The notes: generated by a model not told the origin, from the sequence alone. 64,000 nt of DNA from Octopus sinensis (GCF_006345805.1 NC_043006.1:70184001-70248000); one strand, 5' to 3'. Counted from the stretch's first letter, positions 50,422-63,895 are shown. Program-made: numbers and translations.

Positions 50422-51360
50422 CAAGCACACGCACACACACACATGCGCACATACACATACACACATACACGAACACACATTCATACACACACATTGCATT
50501 AGTAGATTAGAGATTTCTTTTAACTCTTTTAATTGTATAGTGTTGTTTATACGATACCAATGGTTTCGTGCGTATATATTCACATGAAACCTTTTGTGTC
50601 GTGTTAATAACACTCAATCTGCTATATGCCTATACTCTTTTACTCTTTTACTTGTTTTAGTAATGTGACTATTGCCATGCTGGAGCACCGCCTTTACTCG
50701 AGCAAATCGACCCCAGGACTTATTCTATCGGTCTCTTTTGTCCGAACCGCTAAATGACGGGGACGTAAACACACCAGCATCGGTTGTCAAGCGATGGTGG
50801 GGGAACAAACACAGACACACAAACATATACACACACATACATATATATATACGACGGGCTTCTTTCAGATTCCATCTACCAAATCCACTCACAAGGCTTT
50901 GGTCGGTCCGAGGCTATAGTAGAAGACACTTACCCAAGGTGCCACGCAGTGAGACTGAACCCGGAACCATGTGGTTGGTAAGCAAGCTACTTACCACACA
51001 CCCACTCCTACGCCCTACGGACATATATATGCGTAAATACATATATGTATACATATATACACATATATACATATGTATGTGAATGTTTCTATATATTTAT
51101 GCATGTATGTGTGTTCATGCATGTATGTATGTATGTATGTATGTATGTATGTATTATATATGTATGTATGTATGTATGTATGCATGCTTTCACCTTCTCC
51201 ACTTTTGTTCTCCATGTGTAAGGCAGTAGTGACCCCTCATGCATTTCCCGACTGTGATCAGGAATCGCTTTCATATATCAGGTAAACTAAACTCCCAGAT
51301 AAACTAATAATTTAGATCGTTAAATCAAAAACCTTTCTATATAACTCTAATTCACGTTTA

Positions 51361-51398
<38 letters not shown>

Positions 51399-51639
51399 TG
51401 TGTTGTGTGGTTTGTGGTTGCGTGGGTGGGGTGGTGGGGTGCGTGTGTGTGTGTTCGTGTGTGTGAACGAGAGAGATTGATTGAGAGCGTTACTGGTAAA
51501 ATGTACTCAGTACAATCTGTTGCGAGCTTGTTTAATGGGAATGAGATTTTAGACATCCTATGGACCGAAACCAAGACGTATTAAATAGCAAATCAACACA
51601 GGAGAGCCAACAGCTAGCCAATAATGTGACCAAAGGCAC

Positions 51640-51680
<41 letters not shown>

Positions 51681-51875
51681 CGGTATTTTTTCATACCGTT
51701 TTTTCAGATGGCCAGATAACCGAAGAGATGGTGTTGTGGATTTCCACTTCGGCATCCGAAACTCAGAGTTTTATCTTGGCTATTGAATAATAGTAACATA
51801 TTAATTTACAGATAAATTTCCTCTATTTACATAATATTGAGGTCTCTTCTTTCTTTTGTTATCTTACCGTTTTTA

Positions 51876-51930
<55 letters not shown>

Positions 51931-52033
51931 TTTGTAAACAGACCCGAAGGCTGTAAATTATGGAGAAGAGCGACACACACACACACGCCGTTTTTAATAG
52001 AAACTATAATTATGTATTATTTATATTATGATA

Positions 52034-52204
52034 TATGCGCCATTTAAAGTGACCCAACCTAAACAATTGACTGAAAAAACATGGGCTGAACCACTAGGAA
52101 TTGAACACGACATCAGTGCTTACATGTCGTGTTCAATCCCCAGTATTTCGGCCCATCGTTTTTTCAGTCAATTGTTTAGGGTTAGTCACTTTAATTGGAG
52201 CATA
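52034..52204. mobile_element. Foldback MITE, about 80-bp arms, TA termini
   Basis: TATGCGCCATTTAAAGTGAC..TTGAACACGACAT versus ATGTCGTGTTCAA..GTCACTTTAATTGGAGCATA; about 10-nt loop. Confidence 0.85.
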
Positions 52205-52220
52205 TATTATTATATAAATA

Positions 52221-52731
52221 ACTAGCAGTATCGCCTGGCGTTGCTCGGGTTTGTAAGGGAAATAACTATATAAGCATTTTTAGAGAGTTACTTCCTTTAT
52301 AGATGCCAATTCGGACTTTCTTAGCCATTTCTGTTTTGGTGTCTTCAAGCCATGAAGTCGTTGTTCTAAAAGAACGCTGGTCTCCTTGACAACGCATTAC
52401 GACGTTGATTTCCTTAAACTCCCTTCCCCACAGCTTCACGAGGGAGGGAAGAAGGGGGAGAAGCAAACACAGGTGCAGGTGTGGACGCCAACTCCGCCGC
52501 CATCGACACACGAAAAATTATGCATTAAAATGGAATAAAAAATGATGTTAAATTATTTTTAAAATCGTAGACTCATCGTAGACGCGCGCTAATAGCCAGA
52601 CGGGCTCGATATTAATCACGACTATAAGATACCCGAATTTGGTTAAACTGCACCGCAAAATGTGGGAGGAGTTAGGAATCTAAATCGAAGGGGACAGACA
52701 CTCACACAACTACAGTTTTATATATATAGAT
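52221..52731 (+). mobile_element. Non-autonomous Helitron/Helentron-type element (Lep1/DINE-like)
   Basis: Starts ACTAGCAGTATCGCCTGGCGTTGCTCGGG; ends ACAGACA..CAGTTTTATATATATAGAT. Confidence 0.7.
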
Positions 52732-53079
52732 ATAGAATTTTAGTTATTATACGTAAATTAATAAATATTAGGAGAACAGAGTTTTACAGATTTAAGCTTT
52801 ATTATACAGTTAATCCCATCTTTCTCTGTCAGGACTTACGCGCGATTCCGCCGAAAACTGGGGCGTACAGCAAATTGTGAACCTTGGTGTTAATTACCGG
52901 TGCTATTCACCGATTATAGTAAATTTAACTAACTGGTGTTTATCTATATTCACTGAGGTCAGCCAGCATTGTTAACCGGTAAGACCGAGCACAGTAGCCG
53001 CTACGATTATATGTTCCTATTAACCATTTCTGAAGGTGCTCCAGCATGACCACAGCTTTAACGCTGAAACACTTTTAAG

Positions 53080-53123
<44 letters not shown>

Positions 53124-53399
53124 GTGTGCAATGGAATGCTTTCATTTCATTCAAATAAAATAGTGTGTGAATGTCAATTAGACACCCTCATAACAACGGT
53201 CCAAATGTGAACGTCCATATGATTTAAGACGATTACGCTTCGTCTAGCGCTGAAGTATATTACGTTTTTAACGCACTACCTCTACAAAACGAGCTTATGA
53301 CATTGCAGCGATATACATACGTTATATCACACACACACATATATATGTGTTTGTGTGTATGTATAAATATGCGTGTATGTATGTATATATGTGTATATA

Positions 53400-53471
<72 letters not shown>

Positions 53472-53501
53472 GTATGTATATATATATATATATATACTAT
53501 A

Positions 53502-53532
<31 letters not shown>

Positions 53533-53570
53533 ATAATATATATATGTATGTATATAAATATATATATATA

Positions 53571-53624
<54 letters not shown>

Positions 53625-53669
53625 ATATATATATATATATATACATATGACACATATATATGTGTGTCT

Positions 53670-53968
53670 ACGATCGTGAGGTTGTGAGCTCGAATCCCGG
53701 ACCGGGCTGCGTGTTGTGTTCTTGAGCAAAACACTTTATTTCACGTTGCTCCAGTTCACTCAGCTGTAGAAATGAGTTGCGACGTCACTGGTTCCAAGCT
53801 GTATCGACCTTTGTCTTTCCCTTGGATAACACTGATGGCGTGGAGAGGGGAGGCCGGTATGCATGGGCGACTGCTGGTCTTCCATAAAACAACCTTGCCC
53901 GGACTTGTGTCTAGGAGGGTAACTTTCTAGGTGCAATCCCATGGTCATTCATGACCGAAGGGGGTCTT
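53670..53968 (+). mobile_element. Family C-core SINE, same tail as 26630-26925
   Basis: Direct homology between the two copies. Confidence 0.8.
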
Positions 53969-54074
53969 TTATATATATATAGACACACATATATATATAT
54001 GTGTCATACATACATATATATATATATATAGTGTGTCATACATATATATCTATATATATATATATATATATATA

Positions 54075-54128
<54 letters not shown>

Positions 54129-54783
54129 CATACACACACCATATTTATACATATTACTTATACATATTTTACATATTACTTGATAAATTTGTTCGTAAAA
54201 TTTTTTACCGGCATGCTCTCGGTCGCCGGGTATGTTTTGCGTCTGCGCGGAGGTTTGGAAAGTTAAGATTTACAAACCGTTAGAGCTACACGTGCTCCAA
54301 CGCTTTGTGCATCTAGGATTTAGAAGGCTACCCACTGACGAACCTTGCCTGGGCAAACATATTCTGTATGTTTTGCTAGAAAGAGGTATAACTGATCAGT
54401 CTGGGATACATCTATAATGGTAAATGTTTTTGATTTTCATTCCTTTGATGAATTTATCCCTCTTTGTGTCTCTAGCACTTGCTTCCTTATTTGGGAGCCT
54501 TTATCATATTTCTATATGAATAATATATTGTATATATATATATATATATATTACCCACAAGGGGCTAAACATAGAGGGGACAAACAAGGACAGACAAAGG
54601 GATTGAGTCGATTACATCGACCCTAGTGCGAAACTGGTACTTAATTTATCGACCCCGAAAGGATGAAAGGCGAAGTCGACCTCGGCGGAATTTTAACTCA
54701 GAACGTAACGACAGACGAAATTCCGTTAAGCATTTTGCCCGGCGCACTAACGTGTATATACACACATATAAAAGAATATATAT

Positions 54784-54814
<31 letters not shown>

Positions 54815-55049
54815 TCTTTTATTCTCGTATTCTTTTAATTGCTTCAGTCATTTGACTGTGGTCATACTGGAGCACCGCCTTTAGTCGAAGAAATCGACCT
54901 CAAGACTTACTCTTTGTAATCCTAGTACTTATTCTATCGGTATCTTTTGCCGAACCGCTAAGTTTCAGGGAGGTAAAGATACCAACATCGCTTGTCAAGC
55001 GATGTTGAAGGGTTAAACACAGATACACATACACACACAGAAACAGACA

Positions 55050-55086
<37 letters not shown>

Positions 55087-56280
55087 GAACGGTTTCTTTC
55101 AGCTTCCCACTACTAAATGCACTCACAAGGCTTTGGTCAGCCTAGACTATAGTAGAAGACACTTGCCCAAGGTGCCATGCAATGGGATTGAACCCAGAAC
55201 CATGTGGTTGGCAAGCAAGCTCCTTACCACACAGCCATGCCTGCGCCTCCACACAGCCACGAAGGATGGATGGAGGGAGGGAGGGAGGGAAGGGTCGACG
55301 GACGGATGGTTAGATGGATGGATGGATGGATTGATAGACAGGCAGACAGACAGACGGACTGATAGATATAGTGTGTATGTATTCATATATAGACATATTA
55401 CAGACTACTACTGATACCACCACCCACTACACGTTGCTACCACACCACCGCCAGACGTCCGACGTCCGTGTTGTTGACGGTGTAATCCCCACATTAAAAT
55501 ATGGTGTCCTTGTACCAAACTAAGACAATTATTTAGTCTAACTTCAGACAAATGATTTCCATTAGAGACAGCCGATATTTCCTCTTCTCACGTTTGTCTT
55601 TGTGGTGGCAGTGGTGGTGGTGGTGGTGGTGGTGGTGATGGTGGTGGTAGTCGTTTTGGTGGTGGTTGTGGTGTTGGTGGTAGTGGTGGTGGTGGAGGTG
55701 GTAGTCGTGGTGGTGGTGGTGGTGGTGGTGGTAGTCGTGGTGGTGGTGGTGAGGTGTGATTGATGGGGGTTGGTAGTAGTTAAAGGCGATGGTGGTGGTG
55801 ATGGTGGTGATGGTTGTGGTGGTGCTCATGGTCGGTGGTAGTGAGTGTGGTGATAATGGTAATGGTAGTGGTGGTGGTGGTAGACGTTGTCGTTGTTGTG
55901 GTGATGGGGATGGTGGAGGTTGAGAGGTCACTTAGTTCTTTCTTACAATTTATCTATCACCCAGTTACCACCACCACAGCCACTACCACTACACCACCAT
56001 CACTGTTTTCCCCCACCACCATTACCATCACAGCACACCACTACTAACACAACCATTAGCTATACCATCACCACCATCACCACCACCACCACAACTTCCA
56101 CTACCAATAGCACCTGCACTATTGTAATCATCACCATCATCATCATCGCCAACAACAGTACCAGCATCACCAACACCAGTATCACCACAACCACCTTCAT
56201 CATCATCATCATCAACAACAACAAGACTACCAGTGTTGCCACTATCATCTTACCGCCATCACCACAGTCTGGAAACGAGC

Positions 56281-56646
56281 AAAGAGAGCAAACCTCCGCC
56301 AAGGCAACACCAATGTCCTCTCAACGGTTAACCAGAGATGATTTTTAAAATGAGGATATCTGAAATAAACTCGACTGCTCTCACAAACGAGAATACTAAA
56401 AATGAACCCGACCGCGCTCAAAAATTAAGTAAAAAAATAAAATAGAAAAACAATCCAGAATCCTTGTCCGGTAGCGGATCGACCCCAAATCTAATCAGTT
56501 CGTGCCAGTCACGAGGCCAAACGTCCTTGAAAGCTTCATCCTAATCCATCCAGTGGTTCTTGAGATATCTTGTCCACGGACAAACCAACAAACAAACAAA
56601 GACGACTGAAAACAATACCTCCACCTTCGCTAAAGCGGAGGTAATA
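56281..56646 (+). mobile_element. Helentron-associated non-autonomous element (HINE-like)
   Basis: Subterminal inverted motif ACCTCCGC (about 56290) / GCGGAGGT (about 56635); 3' hairpin ACCTCC..GGAGGT preceded by an ACAAAC microsatellite and AAAACAATACCTCC. Confidence 0.65.
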
Positions 56647-56835
56647 ATGACTGTACAGATAGACACAGATGTCGTGTCAATAGATAATGTGTATAAAGTT
56701 TCTGGATAGATAGTCACAGTGTGTAGATGTTGACTGAGTATATAGACAAAGTGTGTAGATCAGTGATTCCTAATCAGAGTCCGTATGGCTCTTGGAGGTC
56801 CAAATAAGATTTTGTTTGCAGGTGATGGCATGATA

Positions 56836-58125
56836 CGAGGGGCGCTCAATAAGTAATGCCCCTGACCCACTTCCCATAGCAGTAGAGCAACGAAACTTGG
56901 CACAGTTATTAGTCTTTTTCTACATAGGAACCATCCAGAGTTACGCATTTCTCCCATCGTTTGATGCGGCTCTGAAGACCGTTTTTGTAGAAGAACCCAG
57001 CTTGGTCCTCCAACCTGAACGTGACTTCAGAAATCAAGGCTGCATCATCTGGGAAACGCTTTCCTTCAAAAACAACTTCATGATTGAGAAGAGGTGAAAA
57101 TCAGAGGGTGCAAGGTCAGGAAAGTAGGGGGGATGGGGAGGAGTTCATAGCCATACGCCTGTGCTTCTGATCTGGCGATAAGCGAGTTGTGGACCGGAGC
57201 GTTGTCCTGCAGGAGGAGGATGCCTTTGCTGATCTTGCCCCGCCTCTTGATTTTGATAACTTCTCTTAATTTCCTCAAAAGTGAAGCATAATAGACTCCT
57301 GCAATTGAGGTACCCTTTGCCAGGAAATCTGTCATCACTACTCTGTCCTGGTCCCAGAAGACTGTGAGCATGACCTTGCCAGCGGAGGGCTGCACCCTTG
57401 CCTTCTTTGGAGGGGGTGAGTCACGGTGCTTCCACTGCATTGACTGGGCTTTGGTCTCTGGATCCTCGTGATGGACCCAGGTTTCATCCTGTGTAATCAG
57501 TCTTTTGAAAAATTTTGACTCATCTTCTTGGCACATCTCCAAATTCACCCTCGAGCACTCGACGCGTTCTTGCTTCTGGAAAGGCGTGAGCAACCTGGGA
57601 ATCCATCTGGCAGACACCTTTTGCATATGCAAATGGTCATGAATGATAGTTTCCACAGACCCGGTACTAATCTTGACCTCATGGGCTATTTGGCGAATAA
57701 TTATGCGTCGATCTTCCAAAATGGCAGCCTCAACTTGACGGACAGATGCCTCATCAATGGCAGAAAGGGGCGACCAGATCTGGGAGCTGTTTCCACAGAG
57801 TTCCGACCATGTTTGAATTCACGATGCCAGCGTTTTACAAGGTCATATGATGGGGCATCATCACCATAAGTTACTTTCATTTCATCAAAAGTCTCCCGTG
57901 GTGTGCGTCCTTTCAAATACAAAAACCGGATCACTGCTCGACACTCAACAGGCTCCATTTCAAACTTGACTCGGTTCAAACACCTGTAAATCAGAAACCA
58001 CAATTAATTCAGAGCTGTAATTTGCCACTTACTCTATAGAGATATAAATGATTGCACATGCAAAATTTCAGCTAGATCCAACAACTGCAAGTGGGTCAGA
58101 GGCATTACTTATTGAACGTCCCTCG
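56836..58125 (-). mobile_element. mariner (DD34D) copy B, 1290 bp, near-intact
   Basis: TA-flanked TIRs; ITQDETWVHH, LLLQDNAPVH and HPPYFPDLAPSD (34-residue spacing after repairing one base); a further frameshift near 57720. Confidence 0.95.
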
Positions 58126-58199
58126 TATCATAGGATGAACGTATCAGAAAACTTAGCCGAAATGTGGTCCACCTCCATATCTCATTCCAGCTTATTTTT

Positions 58200-60240
58200 C
58201 TCTCAACATGTTCCTTCCACCTCGTCATCTGTTGAATACATTGGATCAAATGAAGCTCTGTTCCAGCGTATACTCGCCCCAACCTCTTGACGGGTTCTTT
58301 CTTGGAATGCTTTCATCAGCTATTTGAAACTTAATTTCTTTTTGCACTCCCTTAATAAATGTCAGTATGCGCGACTTTTTTGCTCTAAATCGCATCCTTG
58401 ACCACTTCACAAGCTCGTCTAGTCTCAAGAGGGCACTCTGCATAGTGTCACGTCATCCATGAAGGCCTTCTTAGGCGACTGTTCATGGGCGATTTGTTCC
58501 AAAAAATCCACGGCTTTCAAAATCATCTCTATGACAAAGATAAACTACGTGACAAATATTGTGTAGCCAGCAGCAATGCCATACTCCAATCGGTGTCAAT
58601 CTGTTGTAAAATCTCCAGCCGTAAACCTCATCTCAAAACTGTCATAGTACATCCTCATTAATTTGGTTACTTTGTCTGGAATGTGGAAATGGTCCATGGC
58701 TTTCATCAGTAATTTATGTGGCACTGAGCCATATACATTCGCTAGGTCAAGCCATACCACGTTCAGATTTGTCTTGTTCTGTTTGGCATCCTGATCGCTT
58801 TCCAAATCGAAAAACAGTGTTCAACGCATCCAGAGATCACAGGGATTCCGGCCTTTTAAACAGATTCATCAACATATCCATTACTCAGTAAATATGTCAC
58901 TGTTCTCCTTGAGAGATTTCCCATAAAGATCTTGCCTTCCACATTGAATTAGGATATCGGCCTAAACTGTTTTATGGCCTCCTTCGGCAGGTATATGCGC
59001 TCTGCCTTACACCAATCCTCTACTAGAGTCTTTTCGCGCCACAGCTGTCGTAGTAGGACAAAGAGCTTCTTTCGCAGACGATTACAATATTTGTATACTT
59101 TATATGAAACACCAACACCTCCTGGGGCACTCATTGTTCTAGCTTTTCTCACGAAATTATTCAACCCCTTCTCCCTGATGTCCCCAATTCGAAATTCGAT
59201 ATCAGGTTCTAAGAGTCCATTTAGTCCATTTAGCGGTGACAGTGGCTGGTTACGGTGTATGCTACTTTGGTTACGCTGTATGTTACTTTGATATGAGTAT
59301 CCAATTCTTCTTTTGTGCACGATAAAGCGCCATTCTTCGCTTCAGTGAACAGCTTCTTAGTAACCCCGTATTGATCCTTCAGCAACTGTTACCGAGTCCT
59401 TTTACTTTCCTTTGTTGCTCATATCGGCGGATTTGTCGTTGCACATAACGACATTTCCTTTTTAAATCGTCGCACTACAGCGTGAGGCCAGGTTTTTTAT
59501 CTTCTGTAGCACATTTCCATCGCTTTCTTAGGCTGGTCTTTTCCTTCGTCAACTGTTTCATTTTCCTGATCCTCCAACTTGGTCCACACTTTCCTTTCGC
59601 TAATCGGATACTCTTTTTATAATTCCTTTCCCGTATCGTATATTGAGCTTGTTAACTTTCCCAGTTTCTCTACTGTAGATCTTGTCATTTTATAAAGAGC
59701 TCGACATACCTTGTTTTCAAACTCTTTGTATCTTACTCTCTCATTAGCAGCAGGCCACAGAAACCTCGGTTTCCTCCGATTACTATCTGATACACCGGTT
59801 TCATAACCTGCAGTTTCCTGTCTGGAAGAGGTATTTGCTGTAGCATTTACCGATCCGCTGCGGTTTGAGTCCCGGGATGATTTGCCACGTGTTTTACGAT
59901 CACATGATCTACACTGCTCTGTCCTCTTCTTACAAGCCTTTCCCTGATGTACCTTCAAGCCTCTCTCGGTTGCAAAGATCCTACAGCACAGCTTGCACCT
60001 AAAATTGTTTGCACTTGGTTCACTGATCGAAGTAACAGCCATATTCGTGTCCAAGATAATTTCCGTGTTAACTCGGTTTCATTGATTCCCGATTCCCGCC
60101 TCTTGGTCAATCATGGGGCTGTCATTCTCATTGGTATCGGTTACAATATGTTACAAAGACGAAGATTGTAAGTCCGCAGCCTCCCCCAGTCTTTCCCGTT
60201 GTCCGCTCGCCTTTCCGAGCAGTCCTGTTGCATTGAAACA
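58200..60240 (-). mobile_element. HERO-like REL non-LTR retrotransposon, 5' half, decayed
   Basis: C2H2 finger CKLCCRIFATERGLKVHQGKAC, the LWPAAN..IYDTG segment, RT motifs KQFRPIS, VVWLDLANVYGSVPH and AFMDDVT; the 3' half is missing. Confidence 0.72.
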
Positions 60241-60487
60241 GGCTTACACTCATCGCATATGATGTGTCTGAGAGAGAGGAGGAAGACGATGTGGACGAGG
60301 ACGAGGTGGAAGAGGACGATGAGGACAAAGAGAAAGACGAGGAGGTATATCAGTCGTCAGATAAAACGAAAACAACAACGAGCAAGAAGAAAATAATTTC
60401 AAGGGAATTAAGTCAATTATTTTTACATGAGTAATTCCCCTTGAGATGCCATTACGTACGTAACTGTTTTTAGATTGCCTGTTTACA

Positions 60488-60512
60488 TGACGTCACCAGT
60501 TTCCATAGCTAC
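60488..60512 (+). promoter_or_regulatory. CRE (TGACGTCA) adjacent to an RFX X-box-like motif (GTTTCCATAGCTAC)
   Basis: Motifs seen 166-190 bp upstream of the enkurin-like ATG, in one of the few repeat-free, CpG-containing stretches. Confidence 0.5.
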
Positions 60513-60677
60513 CCGTTGTGTTGTCGGCTGCTGTTATTCAAAAGGCTTCCTATACTAAAAAGTAGTGTATCTTTGTATCTGTAAATACACATTAGTAATT
60601 CAGTCATTTACCTCGAAAGCGCGAACAGGGAACGTCATTGTGTATAGTTGCAACAGGTATAAACTGAACAACAAAAT

Positions 60678-60766
60678 ATGCCCGTAGCCGTGAAGAAATT
60701 ACCGGATAAGGAATATATAACTAACCTTATACCCGCAGAACATATACCTGAACCGAAGCCACCCAG
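60678..60766 (+). CDS. ENKUR: Probable first coding exon of enkurin (ciliary microtubule-associated protein); partial gene
   Basis: AATATG start; MPVAVKKLPDKEYITNLIPAEHIPEPKPP(R) matches the E-x-I-x-NLIP..P-x-x-PPR pattern I recall for the enkurin N-terminus; phase-2 donor AG|GTAGGT. Too short for the ORF track; exon 2 was not found in the window. Confidence 0.7.
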
Positions 60767-60804
60767 GTAGGTCATGCTGCCGCAGTGTACTATCTAACCC
60801 TCTG

Positions 60805-60838
<34 letters not shown>

Positions 60839-60855
60839 TATATATATATATATAT

Positions 60856-60936
<81 letters not shown>

Positions 60937-61156
60937 TTGTGTGTGTGTGTGTGTGAGAGAGTGTGTGTGTTTGTATGTATGTATGTATGTATGTAAGATT
61001 GTATGTATGTATATCTTCGTTTCATTTAACGTCTGTCTATTTGTCTGCCTGTCTCTAAGTATCTCTTCCATCTCCTCATTTTTACGACCCTGCCTTCAAA
61101 CGGACAGTGATATGGGCGGACGGGCGGACAGACAGACAGGTAGACAGGTAGGTAGG

Positions 61157-61244
<88 letters not shown>

Positions 61245-61311
61245 CACAAATGTATATATATATATATATATATACACATTTGTGTCTATCTATCTTACAA
61301 CTTCACTTTGT

Positions 61312-61348
<37 letters not shown>

Positions 61349-61984
61349 CTGTGTGTGTCTGTGTGTGTGTAATGTGTGTGTGTGTGTGCGTGTACATACA
61401 CATATATAATGTATGTGTGTGTGCGTACATATATACATATATATATATGTGCTGTGTGGGATATGTATGTATATTTGTGTATACCGTAAGTTTGTTTACC
61501 TTTGTCTTGACATCGCATGATAGTTGTAAGCAGGGTCTTTCACTTCTAATATTCTGTTACAACATATGTCTGGCCATGCCGAAACATTACCTTGCTTGGA
61601 ATGAGGTAAGAGTTGACGACAAGAAGGGCATCAGCCAGTCATTGAATATCTGACTCAGTTAACTGTGGCTAACCCATGCAGCCATGGAAAAGTGGACGTC
61701 AAAACGATGATGACGATATATTCTTATAATCTGATGAAAAGGGGCGGCGAGATGGTAGAATGGTTTTGCGCACCGAACGAAATACTGAGCGGTATTTCGC
61801 CCGTCGCTTCGTTCTGAGTTCAAATTCTGCTGAGATCGACTTTACCTTTCATCTTTTCGGGATCGATAAAATAAGAACCAATTGAACACTTGGTCGATGT
61901 AATCGACTCATCCACACCTCCCCTATGCTGCCCTTGTGGCAAAAAGATGAAATAATAATAATTATTATTATCATCATTATCATG

Positions 61985-63640
61985 ATTCAGTAGTTTTATT
62001 TTTATAGCGTGCTTTCACTTCATTACCGAGCGCAGCTCTGTGTGCCTTGGGTATGTGCTGTGATTTGTTGTGATGCTCTGTTGGTTATTGTATGGAAAGT
62101 GTTCTGCGTAGGATGTGTGCAGTGCCCAGTAGTGCAATTTTCTGTATGTTATATGTGTTTGTAAGTCCTGGTGTTTTTGTTATGTATTTGTCCTATTATG
62201 ATAGGAATTGTTTCTGTTTTTAGATTCCACATTCTGGTTACCTCTTTTTAGATTCCCCATTCTGGTTACCTCTATTTCCAGGTCTTTGTATTTTGAAAGT
62301 TTCTCCATTTCTTTTAGAGACACGTTGTCATCCGCTGGTATTGATACATCAATTAGAAAACACTTTTTTTTTTTTCATGATCTCTGACAACTATATCTGG
62401 TCTGTTGGCCTTAATTTCTCTATCTGTGTGTATTGGCATATCCCAGAGTATGGTTGCTTTCTCGTTTTCTGTGACCTTTTCTGGTGTGTGCCTATACCAT
62501 CTTTTTTCTGTTGTTATTCCATAATGTTGGCATAGTTTCCAGTGTATATAGGTCCCAACTCTGTCGTGTCTGTGAATATATTCCAGGACTGGGCAGCCAG
62601 AGATAATATGATTTATTGTTTCTTGTCCATCTCCACATATTCTGCAGTTACTTGTTATATTTCTTTTCATTACATGTTTTTGGTAATTTCTGGTGGCGAG
62701 GCTTTGGTCTTGTGCTGCAATTAAAAATCCCTCTGTCTCTGCTTTGAGTCCTGAGCTTCTCAACCATTGTTGGGATTTTTCTTTGTCTATTTCTTTTGCA
62801 TTTAGTTTAGTCCGGTATTTGCCATGAAGGGGCTTTTCTTGCCATCGTTTTATCATGGTTCGTTGCTGTTCTATTTTTAGTTTGGATTTCATTTGTTTTA
62901 TAGCTTTTGTTGTTTCTTCATCTTCTTCTTCTTCTTCTTCATATTTGTTAGGTGGTATGATTTCTTGTTTGTATTTGTCAGCTTCCTTAAATACTGAGAA
63001 CAGTTTATTGTTTTGCTCGTGTTTTGCCGCTATTTGTATCAGTTTTCCTTCCTTCTGAAGTAGATATTTTTGCAGTCCTATGGTGGTTATTTTATAGTAG
63101 TTTTCCAGCTGTATAAGGCCTCTGCCACCATCAATACGTTGTATATATAGCCTTTCTATGTCAGATTTTGGGTGATGCATCCTAGATCCTGTCATTATTT
63201 TTCTTGTTTTCCTATCTATTTTGGTCAGTTCATTTAGTGTCCAGTTAAGGATATTGTAGCTGTAACTTATAACTGGGACGGCTAAAGTGTTGATACCTAT
63301 TATCTTGTTTTTAGCATTGAGCTCTGTTTTCAGTATTGATCTAACTCGTCTATAATATTCTTTTTTTATTTTCTCTTTCATTTATGTGTGTTGTGTCTTA
63401 TCTAGTTCATGGATTCCTAAGTATTTGTAAGTTTGGCTTTGGTCTAATTCTTTTATTTCATTGGTTTTATCTAGTGTGATGTTGCTACTCTTAATTAATT
63501 TTCTTCTTTTCAGGGTTACTTTGGCGCATTTCTCTAATCCAAATTTCATATCTATTTCTTTGGTAAATCCATGAACTGTCTTTAGTAGTGTTTCCAGCTG
63601 TTTGTCATTTGTAGCGTATAGTTTTAGGTCATCCATATAT
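61985..63640 (-). mobile_element. R4/Dong-like retrotransposon (family 2), 5'-truncated at the RT YMDD motif
   Basis: YMDDLKLY, FGLEKCA, YKYLG, GGRGL, ETEGFLIAAQDQSL, CRICG..ETINHIISGC and RPDIVV; frameshifts near 63381 and 62365; AAT repeats on both sides. Confidence 0.92.
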
Positions 63641-63641
63641 A

Positions 63642-63716
<75 letters not shown>

Positions 63717-63717
63717 T

Positions 63718-63895
63718 TGAAGGCAGCGAGCTGACAGAATCGTCAGCACGTTGGGCGAAATGCTTTGCGGTATTTCGTCCGTCGCTACCTTCTGAGTTCA
63801 ACTACCGCTGAGGTCAACTTTGCCTTTCATCCTTTCGGGATCGATAAATTCAGTGCCAGTGAAACACTGGGGTCGATGTAATCGACTCATCCCCT
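63718..63895 (+). mobile_element. Family A SINE inserted at the edge of (TTA)n
   Basis: Head AAGGCAGCGAGCTGACAGAATCG with B-box GAGTTCAA. Confidence 0.82.

Noticed and set aside
54230-54450. Minus-strand TIIDVSQTDQL, resembling a hAT catalytic segment
   Set aside because: A single short motif with no flanking similarity or TIRs.
60250-60435. Acidic open frame EEEDDVDEDEVEEDDEDKEKDEE upstream of the promoter
   Set aside because: Low-complexity purine-rich repeat with no start or acceptor context, ending in a stop before the promoter motifs.
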